This document shows positions 1-9,333 of a stretch of DNA of 64,000 nt, in pieces. The number at the start of each line of letters is the position of its first letter. Within the stretch, counting starts at the first letter, position 1. Origin of the DNA: Takakia lepidozioides (lineage: Eukaryota > Plantae > Bryophyta); the NCBI GenBank assembly GCA_030704615.1, contig CM060733.1, forward strand, positions 41,912,001-41,976,000. The letters run 5' to 3'. A program made the translations under genes and the position numbers. Under the pieces are notes generated by a model that did not search any database, had not been told where the DNA came from, and worked only from the letters and a program-made list of their open reading frames with translations.

Positions 1-408
1 AGTCATACTCTCTGACTCCTCGAGGTCTTCTTGTAGCAGATAATCTACTAGATTTCTTTGTGGTAATTTGTATCTCGTGTATCCCATTATGCACGGTTAG
101 TAACTTAGAATTCCAGTCATGGAATACCCTGGCCTGTTTCAGCCACGGACGTCCCAATAATAAGGAGTAAGCCTCCATGACTTCATCCATTTTTAATACA
201 GTTACTGTGATCATAAAGATCATTTTCTGTATCTGTATCTTAACTCCTCTTATTAATCCCAATGGCTGCACACTTCTTTGATCTGCCATTGTTACTGTAA
301 ATGGGGCTGGTTTCATGTTACTTAGACCAAGCTTCTTCCTTAATTGGTCTGTCATGATATTTACTCCAGAACCACCATCTATCAGTACATCAGTTAGTTC
401 TGTGCTTC
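1..408 (-). pseudogene. Family B pol fragment (aspartic protease, LIDGGSGVN motif), split by insertion of element A
   Basis: Matches 60979-61386; joins 11656 onward once element A and one target-site copy are removed. Confidence 0.88.
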
Positions 409-2736
409 TGTAGTGTGAAAAGAAGGGGCGTGAATCCCCTTCTGTGCAAGTCTAGTTGTGCTCTTCCCTAGGTCAATCGGAGGGAAGGAAAGGAGCTCTC
501 CCTCTCAGCTGATCCAACCATCGTCACTCGGTGTGGGTTTCCATCAGGTCCTTCGTGATCAGAGTTCGCACAATCCTCATCCATGCCGCAGCGGAAGAGA
601 AGACATGGATGGGGAGTCTGTATTGTTTTCACCCGTGGTTCTACTTCTACACGACATCCTTTCCCTGATACACTGCACCAGCCATGTTACCATGCGGTCT
701 TCAGTGATGCAACCAGCCCTACGTCAGTGATGACCACTGCCCTTGTGGGCAGCTCTCTTGGTCAACTATACGTGGAATCCCCTTTGTAACAAGATCACGA
801 TTTGGAAGGCGGCAACGCAGATCTGCCATGAGTTTGCAGGCCCACCAGTTTGGCCCTTCATGGTTTCATGCTTTCTTTATCTTACCTCCCCAATCATCCA
901 TTCCTCATCATAACCTCTTGCTGGTCAACTCTCTCCCTTGTGTCCTTTTCTCTCTCCCTCTCTCTTTCTTTCAGGATAAGTGGGCTCCTCACTCTTTCCA
1001 CTGTAACATGCCTATGATGCAATGCAATGCGCATTCAGCCAAGCATCCAGTGCACCCAGCATTGAAATCAACCTTGGTCACACAAGATATAATCAACCCT
1101 TTTATCAGTCCCTCTCTTGCCAATGACAGATGCTTCACACTCCACTTTTCCCAGGTATAACCATTGCCCAAGACAGCTCTCAACCCTTCTACAGGTCTCA
1201 ATTTACACACCCTGACAGCTCTCTTTTTCCCATCAGCTGTGAACCTCAGTGGTTCATGGGCTGAGAGCACTCTGAGAATCAGATCCAAACCCAAACAGAT
1301 GCTGGTTTTTCTGCCCCATCCACATCATCCCTTCTTGTTGTTTCCAAACAGTTCTATCTAACCCTCTCTGGTTTCCTCTACCTACTAAGCTAGTTCCACA
1401 TTGGCTGCAATGTGTCAACATCCCAGGCTAGATTGTTTGTACAAGCTCATGACGTTGAAACAAGGAACAAAATACAACAACAGTAACCATTCTGTCCCAG
1501 CAACGAGTCTACCCTGTTTCCATTCATTTTCCTACTGTACAATGTAATAGCAGGTGCATCCATCTCCAGCCCATCCTGATTTGAAGTCCAGTGTCTTCAT
1601 TCCATTTACAAAGCTCTTTTTCTTCCTCACATGTCAGTGTCTCTTACTACATACAAGAGACAGTTCAAACTTCACAAAGCGATTTCTAAGCAACCAAAAA
1701 CCCAAAAAAGGGGGGCCAACACTCCTCAAACTTATCTGTCTTATACTCCTTGAAGTGGTGGGTCTGCCTGTCAAGAAGGCACCTTATCCTCTCCCTCGTC
1801 AGCCATCTCCGACGTTTCTTCTTATCGTGATTCCAGTCCTCATTAAGGCATGACGGCTCTGCTTCAGCTGCTGGCACATCCTTGTGCCTGCCAACCTCTA
1901 CCCTATCCTTCTACATGTGCATTTCCTCCCTATGAGGTGATCTGGTCCTACAGCCCTTAAGACAGAGAGCAGATACATAACTTATTTATAGATAGCTTAA
2001 GCGCCATACACACCAGAAGGCGGCACCGCTTCCTCTTGCACAGAAAGCCAAGCCAGATCCCTCAACGTCACTCTTTAAGGCAAGCTGATTCCCTTACAAA
2101 GTGATCTGGTCCTACAGCTCAAAAACAGACAGCAGCTACAAGATTTGATCACTGACAACCTGAGGCGATAATACACACCAGCCTGCATTTCTCATCCCCC
2201 AACACCTGCTGAGCCACTCCATCTCCTCATTAATGTGCTCACAAATACCATGGCGACAGCAGTGGTGCACCGCCCTTATCACAAACCCGATCCCTCAGGT
2301 TTGATCATTGCTTACGAAGAAGGCGGCACCGCTTCTTCTTGCACAGAAAGCCAAGCAGGAGCTCTTAACATTTCTCTTAAAAGCAAGCTGATACCCTTTG
2401 CGTAGGTGGAACCTTCTCAGATATCCTGTGCTGTCAACACCACTGCAGCAGCTGCGAAAAGATCCACGCACTCTTCCCCTTCGAATTTCACATCCCGCTT
2501 CTAGGGTTCAACATCATGGATGAAAATCATTCATCCTAGGGATGAAAAAGGTGCATGTCATAACTTAGCCATATTTTGTTCTTGGCAGATAAATAGCATA
2601 GTCCTTCCATGGAATTACCTCAAGTTATGGTCAATTCCTCCCCTTCATTAGCACGAAGGGTACTCCCTTTGTAGTAGTGCCGAAACCTGATGCCAAACAC
2701 AAACTTGAGATTTTTACTCCCTGCATTCACACTACA
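409..2736 (-). repeat. 3' LTR of element A (2328 bp)
   Basis: Direct repeat of 9333-11651 plus 9 extra terminal bp (409-417). Confidence 0.95.
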
Positions 2737-2747
2737 TATGTAGTGTG

Positions 2748-2759
2748 TCTCCTTTTTTT
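2748..2759 (-). other. Polypurine tract of element A (AAAAAAAGGAGA), 11 nt away from the LTR edge
   Basis: Purine run on the minus strand overlapping the pol stop codon, followed by CACACTACATA and then the LTR. Confidence 0.7.
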
Positions 2760-5700
2760 AAGTGTCAGGGTCCTCACTGACCACCTTTAACGGCTGAACA
2801 CCTATTGGTGGTATGAAGGGTTTTAAATCCCTCCTACTTCTTACCCATTCCTTGTCTGCTCCATCTCTCAACCTGCATCTTCGTGCAGCTTCTCCAGTCT
2901 TGGTTGTGCTTCCTGCGTCCTTGTATCCCAAAAAGTCATAGGGTCCCTCCCATGGAGATGTCATGGAAGACCTCTTTCCAGGTCTCAACATCATTACCTT
3001 GCTGTTCTCCATCAACGTGCAGTAAGTATGCCCTGTTTGATGCCTTCTTTCATAATCTCTTGCCTGTTGACGCTGCCCTTTCTTCACACTCTTTCGCAGC
3101 TTTGCCTTCATCTCTGTGAGAAGCTGGATTTTCTGCTGCATCATAAGTGTGACTTCTGCTACAGATCCATCAGAATTTACTGGTGTTGTAAGAAAATGCA
3201 ACCTGTTGTCAATTCCCAGCCTGGGAATTCTACCAGTAAGTACCTGAAAAGGTGAGAACCCAGTGGAAGCATGGACACCCATTCTGTAACCAAACAGGGC
3301 CTTATAGAGATTCTGATCCCACTCAGTGTCGTTTCCAACTCCTAGGGTGGTGATGCTCTGTTTGATGGACTTAATGACTCTTTCCACCATACCGTTACAC
3401 TGAGGCCAGTAGGGGGCACTATGCTCCCTCTTTATACCGTATTCGTGGCATGTATCTTCAAACTCACCTCCCCACTCTGTGCCATTGTCAGTGAGCAACG
3501 TATGTGGGCAGCCATACCTGTCAATTACTTCTTCCTCAAGAAAGCGGGCAGCAAGGGCTGCTGTATGATCTGCCACTGGTGCAGCTTCTATCCATTTTGA
3601 GAAGTGATCGATTGCCACCAGAAAGTACTGATTGCCCCTGCTGGTTATAGGTAATGGTCCTGCCGTGTCAATTGCAACTCTGAAAAACAGATCCACTACT
3701 GGAATGCTATGAAGTTTTGAGCTACCTGAGCGCAACACTCCGTTCTGTTTGGCCATCTGACATTTACCACAGCCCTTGAGTACTTGCCTGATGAGTTTTG
3801 TTCTATCATGCCAGAAATAACGTCGGCATATCTCCTCTTGTGTTCTTCTGACTCCAAAGTGGCCAGTGGTTTCATGTACTTCAGTGATTATTGCCCCTCT
3901 GTCAGTCTTTGGTGGAACTACCCTTCCATCAAAGTAGACCTCACCTTTGAGATAGGAGTACTGCCTTGCCCGCCTCTTGACTCTCTTGCTCTCCTCCTTT
4001 GTCAGGTAGTCATTGACTTCTCCAAAACATAAGAGGTGCATGACCTCCACATCATCAAGCACATCAGGTTGCCTTTCCTCCCTAACAGCTGCTGTATGAT
4101 GGTCAGAGCTGAGTAGAGAGCTTTTCCCACATCTTTCAGCCTCACGTAATAATGACATCTGAGTAGCTTTGGTGGGTGTGGTCCATGGTACCCAGTCCGC
4201 TTCATCAATCTTGTTGCAAGAAGAAGTGTCTTGTTCTGAACCACTTGTTCCATCACTGTCTGAAGAACAAAACGTCTTGGTGGAACACTCACCCCCCATG
4301 TTTTTCTTGGCTGGGCATTCTGATGAGGAAGTCCCCCGCGTTCTTCTTGTTGTTGGAGTGCTTGTCAAGTGTTGAAGGAATGGTGTCCCTTGCAAGCTTC
4401 CCTTTTCATTGTTCAATCTCTCTTCCACAAGTTCACAGGCTGGATGTACCTCGCTCAGCTGCTTATCACGAGCACAAGATCCTCGGGTAATCACATGGAT
4501 GGTGGGACAAGAGGGCATCAGATGCTCCTTTTCCTTGTTGCTGATTGCAGTAGCCTCTATCCTTCCTGCACCCTTATCCTTCCAAATACCCTCCCTCACC
4601 AGATTGACAGAGCTTGATTGATCAATACCCTTTCCTTGTTTTTTTTTTGTAGCAAAAGTCTGTGCAGCAAAAGTCACCCTCTTTCCTTCTCCATCTGGCA
4701 TTATGCCTGGTTTCAGTTCTCCTTTCAATATGCCATGATCCTTGGTCAACATTCCACCTGTGGAAGATCTTACTATACCCGGAACGAACTCAAATGAAAA
4801 ATCACCAAGTAAGTCTATGCCTATGTGGTGCTCTGAGTATAGCCACCAATATGGATCTAGATCTGTTTCTAAAGAAAAATGACTTCCCAACAGTATTTCC
4901 TTGAAGTGCCAAAGGCCCCATACACATGCATAGTACTCTTCTCTTTTGCAAATCATCTCCCCTTTTTCACTGCTATACCCTACTTGCCTATGAGCTTCTT
5001 CTCTCAACTCCTCCTTCCCCTCCTTAAATTGAAATAATGAAGCATTGATGGCACCCCTATCCCAAGCTAACTTAAGAAGATAGGCTCCATCCCTCTTTCT
5101 CCCTTCTCTTTTCTGACTGTACAGAGAAGTAGAGTATACCTCGATTTCCTCGGTTTCCTCAGCTGGTCCCACTGGATACCTGCTTAGTGCATCTACGTTA
5201 GCATGCCTAGCACCTGCTCTGTGAACAATTTTAAACTCAAAATCTTGTAACATCATGATCCATCTACCCCTGCGTCCATATGCGTCACTTACCGTTGCCA
5301 ACCATTCCAGTGGTTTGTGATCAGTCCTGATTACAAAAGGGGTTCCATACAGGTACTGTCGAAAATGTAATACTCCCCACACCAGTGCATAGCATTCACC
5401 CTCCATAGGGTGATATTTGCGCTGAGCATCAGATAGTACCTTACTGGCGTATGCAATGACCCTCTCCTTTTTATACTCCTTTTGTGACAAGACTGCCCCT
5501 ACTCCTTTGATGGACCAGTCAACATCCAAGACGAACGGTCTTGAGAAATCTGGTCTTGCCAGGATGGGAGCAGTTACCAACTTCACCTGTAAGGTAGAAA
5601 AAGCGTTTTGTGCCTCTGCACTCCAGATAAACTTTACATCCTTCTTGGTTAGAGTGAACAAGGGTACTGCCACTCCAGCATATCCTTTGACATAGGGCCT

Positions 5701-8700
5701 ATAGTACCCTGTCATGCCTAAGTAGCTTTTGAGAGCAGTGTGGTTTTTGGGCAAGGGAAACCTTTCAATAGCAGCTATCTTATCTGGATCAGGCCACGTT
5801 CCTTCTTCAGAGATCACATGCCCAAGGAATACCAACTGTAAGTTGGCAAAGTAACACTTGTCCGGATTGAGCCTAAGATTGGCCTTTCTAACCTTGCTCA
5901 ATACTCTCTTTATATGTCCCACGTGATCTCCCCAGTCCTTGCTATGGATATTGACGTCATCTACAAACACCTTAGCGCAATCTTTGATTTCTTCCTTGAG
6001 CACTCTATTCATTGTTCTCTGAAAGGTAGCAGTGGCATTTTTTAGCCCGAATGGCATGACCAGCCATTCATACAATCCCTTCTTTGTGATCACCGCTGTT
6101 TTGCCTATGTCTCGGTCGTCCATTTTGATCTGCCAAAAACCAGATTGTAAATCCAGCGCAGAAAACCACTTGGCTTTCCCCAACTGGTTTAAAACATCCT
6201 GAATTAATGGCATAGGGTAAGAGTCCCTTCTGGTCAAACGGTTTACTGGCCTAAAATCACCACAAAACCGCTTGGATCCATCCTTTTTTGGTGGAAGGGT
6301 AACTGGACACGACCATTCTGAACTACTCTCTCTCATCTTGCCTTGTGAGATCAAAGTCTCAATTTGTCCTTGGACCTCGTCTTCCTCCCATTCTGATAGG
6401 CGGCTGGGACGACTTCTGCAAGGGGGAAAACCTTGTGTGTCAATTGTGTGTTCTACCTCACTGCAGTATCCCAAGTCAGCCTTGCTAAGAGCAAAGCATT
6501 CCTGGTTTGCTTTCAGCTCTTGCTCAAGCTCTATCCTATGTTCTGGGGCCAGTTCTGGGTTGATGTGCAGTCTGGATTTCAGACTTCTCCAACGACTCTC
6601 CATTTCTTCCTCTTGACTGGGTTCCCAATTCTTTCCCTCCACCTGGCTTACAGAGTTAGCCATTCTCTGTCGTTCCTCTTGTGTGACAACCTGATTCCAA
6701 TCATGGAAGTCATCCTCTATTTCTAGGTTGTTGTTCCCTAGTTCACCATTCCAAGCTTTCTGATAAGCTTCCTGTATTATGGCAGCAGCCATGCTCTTAT
6801 GGGTCTCTTCCTGAAGGAGTTCAGACATCCCTTGGTCCTCGAACAAGTCCTCCCCTAGGTTGACATCGTCTATTATTTCCTCAACATCCCTCAGTGCTGT
6901 TTCTACCTCCTTACTCTCCTCAGAGCCTCCCATCTCCTCATCTTTATCAGATTTAGAGGTGTCAGAACCTGAGGATGCTTCCTCCGTGTCCTCATATTCT
7001 TCCTCTGGTTTTCTTTTCTTCTCCCACAAGCCTAGGTACTGTTCATCTGACGTCAGGGTTAGGACATTACCTGCTGACGTACTGCTTGCATATCTCATTC
7101 TACTCTCGACCCCTCTATGGTAGGCTGTTTTGGTAACTGCAGGCTCATTATAATTGATGGTGTGCAAAGGGAAGTGAGCAAAATCCTTTCCTGGCCCATA
7201 GCGTACGCGAATTGTTTCAGCTTCGGTGTCCACTACAGCGCCAAACTTTTTGAGAAAGTCCAATCCTAGCAGCATGTGATATGTATCCGTGTTCACCACC
7301 ATAAAGGACAAACGATTGGTTAGTTCTCCTACTTTGACCTTGATGTCCTCAAGTCTGCCCATTGCAGTCTCAAGAGCACCTGAGGCTACTCTGTAATTCA
7401 CATCCTTACTAGTAATGACAGATCCCATCAAACCCAGATCCCTGACTGTACTAGCTGATATTACAGAAAGCATGGCACCAGTGTCAATCTGGCCTAATAC
7501 TTGGTAATCTCCCATTGTAATCATTACATGAAGCGCTTTAACCTTACCAGTATAAGCATACGAGATCGTGGGCTCAGCGTGTGCTGAGTACAAAGGCCTT
7601 GGTACATCCTTCACAACTTCTACACTGTGAGTTGTCTCCCTTTGTTGTACCATTGCTCTTTCCACCACTTTGACCAGCCCTTTCAATTTGTCTAGCTCTC
7701 CGGGCACAGTCATGATCAGGTCCATGGGCGACAACGATATTCTCCCTTTGTAGAAGTGGTTCAAGATTCTGGATTTCGTACCTCCTTCTATAGCATTCTT
7801 GAAATTGTTCTTTGGGTAGATTTCACTCTTGGTCTTGCTTGGCTGTTCACTGCTCTCACTATTCCTTTCTGGTGACCCTGTAGGTTCAACAATCGGACTC
7901 TGGACAGGTATGCGTGTCCTTGGAAGTCTGACTTCATTGATACTATTTCGTGACATCAGATCTGTCATCTCTGCGAGTACATCATCCTCATCATCATAGA
8001 ACACGTCTACAAAGTTAGTTCCCGGAGTTCCCATCATAGTTTGGTCGAGTTTTCTACTGCACTCACTCTCCGTATGCCCGAGTAGCTTGCAAAAGTTGCA
8101 TCTCACACCACACATTTCCGTGGAATGCCCGAACCGGTGACATTTGTCACACTTAGCTGGGGTTCTTCCTTCAGGACAATATGCAGCTATGTGACCTTCT
8201 TTGTGACAAACATTACAAAGGCGAACACGAGGTGGTGTTCTAGATCCCGAGCTTTCTCCTATGACTGGTCCCCTATCAAAGTACTTCTGTAGGGTAGTGT
8301 TCAGCTGATCAAGTCTTCTGTCCACAGGGTTGACAAACACAACTGACTCATCTGTATCATCTCCTTCCAATGGTTCTAGAGGTATTTCCCCTAACTTTCC
8401 CAGGCCCCTTTCAATCTCAATGGCTGTGTCAAGTGCTTCCTCTACATCAAGGAAGCGCCTGCCCAGCATTACTCTTGCTATTTCTGGTCTCAAACCTGCT
8501 GCAAATCTACGTCTCTGTTCCAAATCAGACGCCCCACTTCTTATAAATAACCGGTTCAACCTATCGAAGTATGTTTGAACCCTTTGTCTACTCTCCTGTT
8601 TAATGGTATCCATTCTTAGCCTAATTTCTGCCAAGTCAACGATACCAAACTTGGCTGAAATTGCTGCCCTGAAGTCCACCCAGTTGTTTGGTCTAGGGTT

Positions 8701-8877
8701 TTGTTTACGGTACCATTCATCAGCCTTGGCTCTCAGGTTGAGCCTTGCTACCTTGAAAGTCTTGTCCTCATTCAAATCCCTGACATCTGCCTCCATCTGA
8801 ATTCTCTCCAGCCAGTCATTTACATCCTCACTATTCCTACCATGATAAGGCGCATCTATGCTGGTTGGACTGGTCAT
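2758..8877 (-). CDS. Gag-Pol polyprotein, 2039 aa: gag, three CCHC knuckles, protease, RT, RNase H, degenerate second RNase H piece, integrase
   Basis: CNVCHKEGHIAAYC-type knuckles; QIDTGAM; MPFGLKNA and FVDD; LDVDWS...TDHKPL; HETTGH...CGKC; IDTAGP/TDNG/MVER; WEGPY. The PR-RT-RH-INT order is that of Ty3/Gypsy. Confidence 0.97.
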   Translation of the reverse strand: MTSPTSIDAPYHGRNSEDVNDWLERIQMEADVRDLNEDKTFKVARLNLRAKADEWYRKQNPRPNNWVDFRAAISAKFGIVDLAEIRLRMDTIKQESRQRVQTYFDRLNRLFIRSGASDLEQRRRFAAGLRPEIARVMLGRRFLDVEEALDTAIEIERGLGKLGEIPLEPLEGDDTDESVVFVNPVDRRLDQLNTTLQKYFDRGPVIGESSGSRTPPRVRLCNVCHKEGHIAAYCPEGRTPAKCDKCHRFGHSTEMCGVRCNFCKLLGHTESECSRKLDQTMMGTPGTNFVDVFYDDEDDVLAEMTDLMSRNSINEVRLPRTRIPVQSPIVEPTGSPERNSESSEQPSKTKSEIYPKNNFKNAIEGGTKSRILNHFYKGRISLSPMDLIMTVPGELDKLKGLVKVVERAMVQQRETTHSVEVVKDVPRPLYSAHAEPTISYAYTGKVKALHVMITMGDYQVLGQIDTGAMLSVISASTVRDLGLMGSVITSKDVNYRVASGALETAMGRLEDIKVKVGELTNRLSFMVVNTDTYHMLLGLDFLKKFGAVVDTEAETIRVRYGPGKDFAHFPLHTINYNEPAVTKTAYHRGVESRMRYASSTSAGNVLTLTSDEQYLGLWEKKRKPEEEYEDTEEASSGSDTSKSDKDEEMGGSEESKEVETALRDVEEIIDDVNLGEDLFEDQGMSELLQEETHKSMAAAIIQEAYQKAWNGELGNNNLEIEDDFHDWNQVVTQEERQRMANSVSQVEGKNWEPSQEEEMESRWRSLKSRLHINPELAPEHRIELEQELKANQECFALSKADLGYCSEVEHTIDTQGFPPCRSRPSRLSEWEEDEVQGQIETLISQGKMRESSSEWSCPVTLPPKKDGSKRFCGDFRPVNRLTRRDSYPMPLIQDVLNQLGKAKWFSALDLQSGFWQIKMDDRDIGKTAVITKKGLYEWLVMPFGLKNATATFQRTMNRVLKEEIKDCAKVFVDDVNIHSKDWGDHVGHIKRVLSKVRKANLRLNPDKCYFANLQLVFLGHVISEEGTWPDPDKIAAIERFPLPKNHTALKSYLGMTGYYRPYVKGYAGVAVPLFTLTKKDVKFIWSAEAQNAFSTLQVKLVTAPILARPDFSRPFVLDVDWSIKGVGAVLSQKEYKKERVIAYASKVLSDAQRKYHPMEGECYALVWGVLHFRQYLYGTPFVIRTDHKPLEWLATVSDAYGRRGRWIMMLQDFEFKIVHRAGARHANVDALSRYPVGPAEETEEIEVYSTSLYSQKREGRKRDGAYLLKLAWDRGAINASLFQFKEGKEELREEAHRQVGYSSEKGEMICKREEYYACVWGLWHFKEILLGSHFSLETDLDPYWWLYSEHHIGIDLLGDFSFEFVPGIVRSSTGGMLTKDHGILKGELKPGIMPDGEGKRVTFAAQTFATKKKQGKGIDQSSSVNLVREGIWKDKGAGRIEATAISNKEKEHLMPSCPTIHVITRGSCARDKQLSEVHPACELVEERLNNEKGSLQGTPFLQHLTSTPTTRRTRGTSSSECPAKKNMGGECSTKTFCSSDSDGTSGSEQDTSSCNKIDEADWVPWTTPTKATQMSLLREAERCGKSSLLSSDHHTAAVREERQPDVLDDVEVMHLLCFGEVNDYLTKEESKRVKRRARQYSYLKGEVYFDGRVVPPKTDRGAIITEVHETTGHFGVRRTQEEICRRYFWHDRTKLIRQVLKGCGKCQMAKQNGVLRSGSSKLHSIPVVDLFFRVAIDTAGPLPITSRGNQYFLVAIDHFSKWIEAAPVADHTAALAARFLEEEVIDRYGCPHTLLTDNGTEWGGEFEDTCHEYGIKREHSAPYWPQCNGMVERVIKSIKQSITTLGVGNDTEWDQNLYKALFGYRMGVHASTGFSPFQVLTGRIPRLGIDNRLHFLTTPVNSDGSVAEVTLMMQQKIQLLTEMKAKLRKSVKKGQRQQARDYERRHQTGHTYCTLMENSKVMMLRPGKRSSMTSPWEGPYDFLGYKDAGSTTKTGEAARRCRLRDGADKEWVRSRRDLKPFIPPIGVQPLKVVSEDPDT

Positions 8878-8948
8878 CCTTCTATTCTCTAATCAAAGTT
8901 CAAACTGTTTCAACACCTAATTCTGACTCTAATTTTTCCGCAACTCCC

Positions 8949-9272
8949 TTAATGTTGACCTCTATACCACTCCCACTGTCCATTTCGCAACATCTCTACT
9001 CTACCTCCCCATGTCACCTCTCGTGCCATGGTATTTATCTTCACCCACCTTCCTAACTCTCTTATCCAAAGTGCTATGGTTGTTCTTCCACCAGTATGAA
9101 TCACTCTAAGACATAAATCACCATTGGCTATTCTCCAAGCAGGGTTGAAGAAGTACAAACAAGGGTCTGCGTGTGCATTTGGTGTGCGTCTGCTGAAGCA
9201 AATCAGCACATCTCCAATGCTTGGTTCATCAGGAATCAGTGTGTGGTCTCTTCCTGCCATCAAACCATCCAA
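8949..9272 (-). CDS. Possible small extra ORF (107 aa) between the PBS and gag of element A
   Basis: ATG-initiated sense ORF filling most of the leader; no recognisable domain. Confidence 0.35.
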   Translation of the reverse strand: MDGLMAGRDHTLIPDEPSIGDVLICFSRRTPNAHADPCLYFFNPAWRIANGDLCLRVIHTGGRTTIALWIRELGRWVKINTMAREVTWGGRVEMLRNGQWEWYRGQH

Positions 9273-9321
9273 TACCAGTCAAGATCCCTAGCTAGTAGAA
9301 ATCAAGATTTAACATCCTAAA

Positions 9322-9333
9322 GCTCTGATACCA
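9322..9333 (-). other. Primer binding site, tRNA-iMet (TGGTATCAGAGC)
   Basis: Canonical plant Met PBS directly abutting the 5' LTR. Confidence 0.93.

Noticed and set aside
2758-3000. Chromodomain at the integrase C-terminus (centromere-targeting chromovirus)
   Set aside because: The ORF ends about 55 aa after the GPY motif with no chromodomain pattern.
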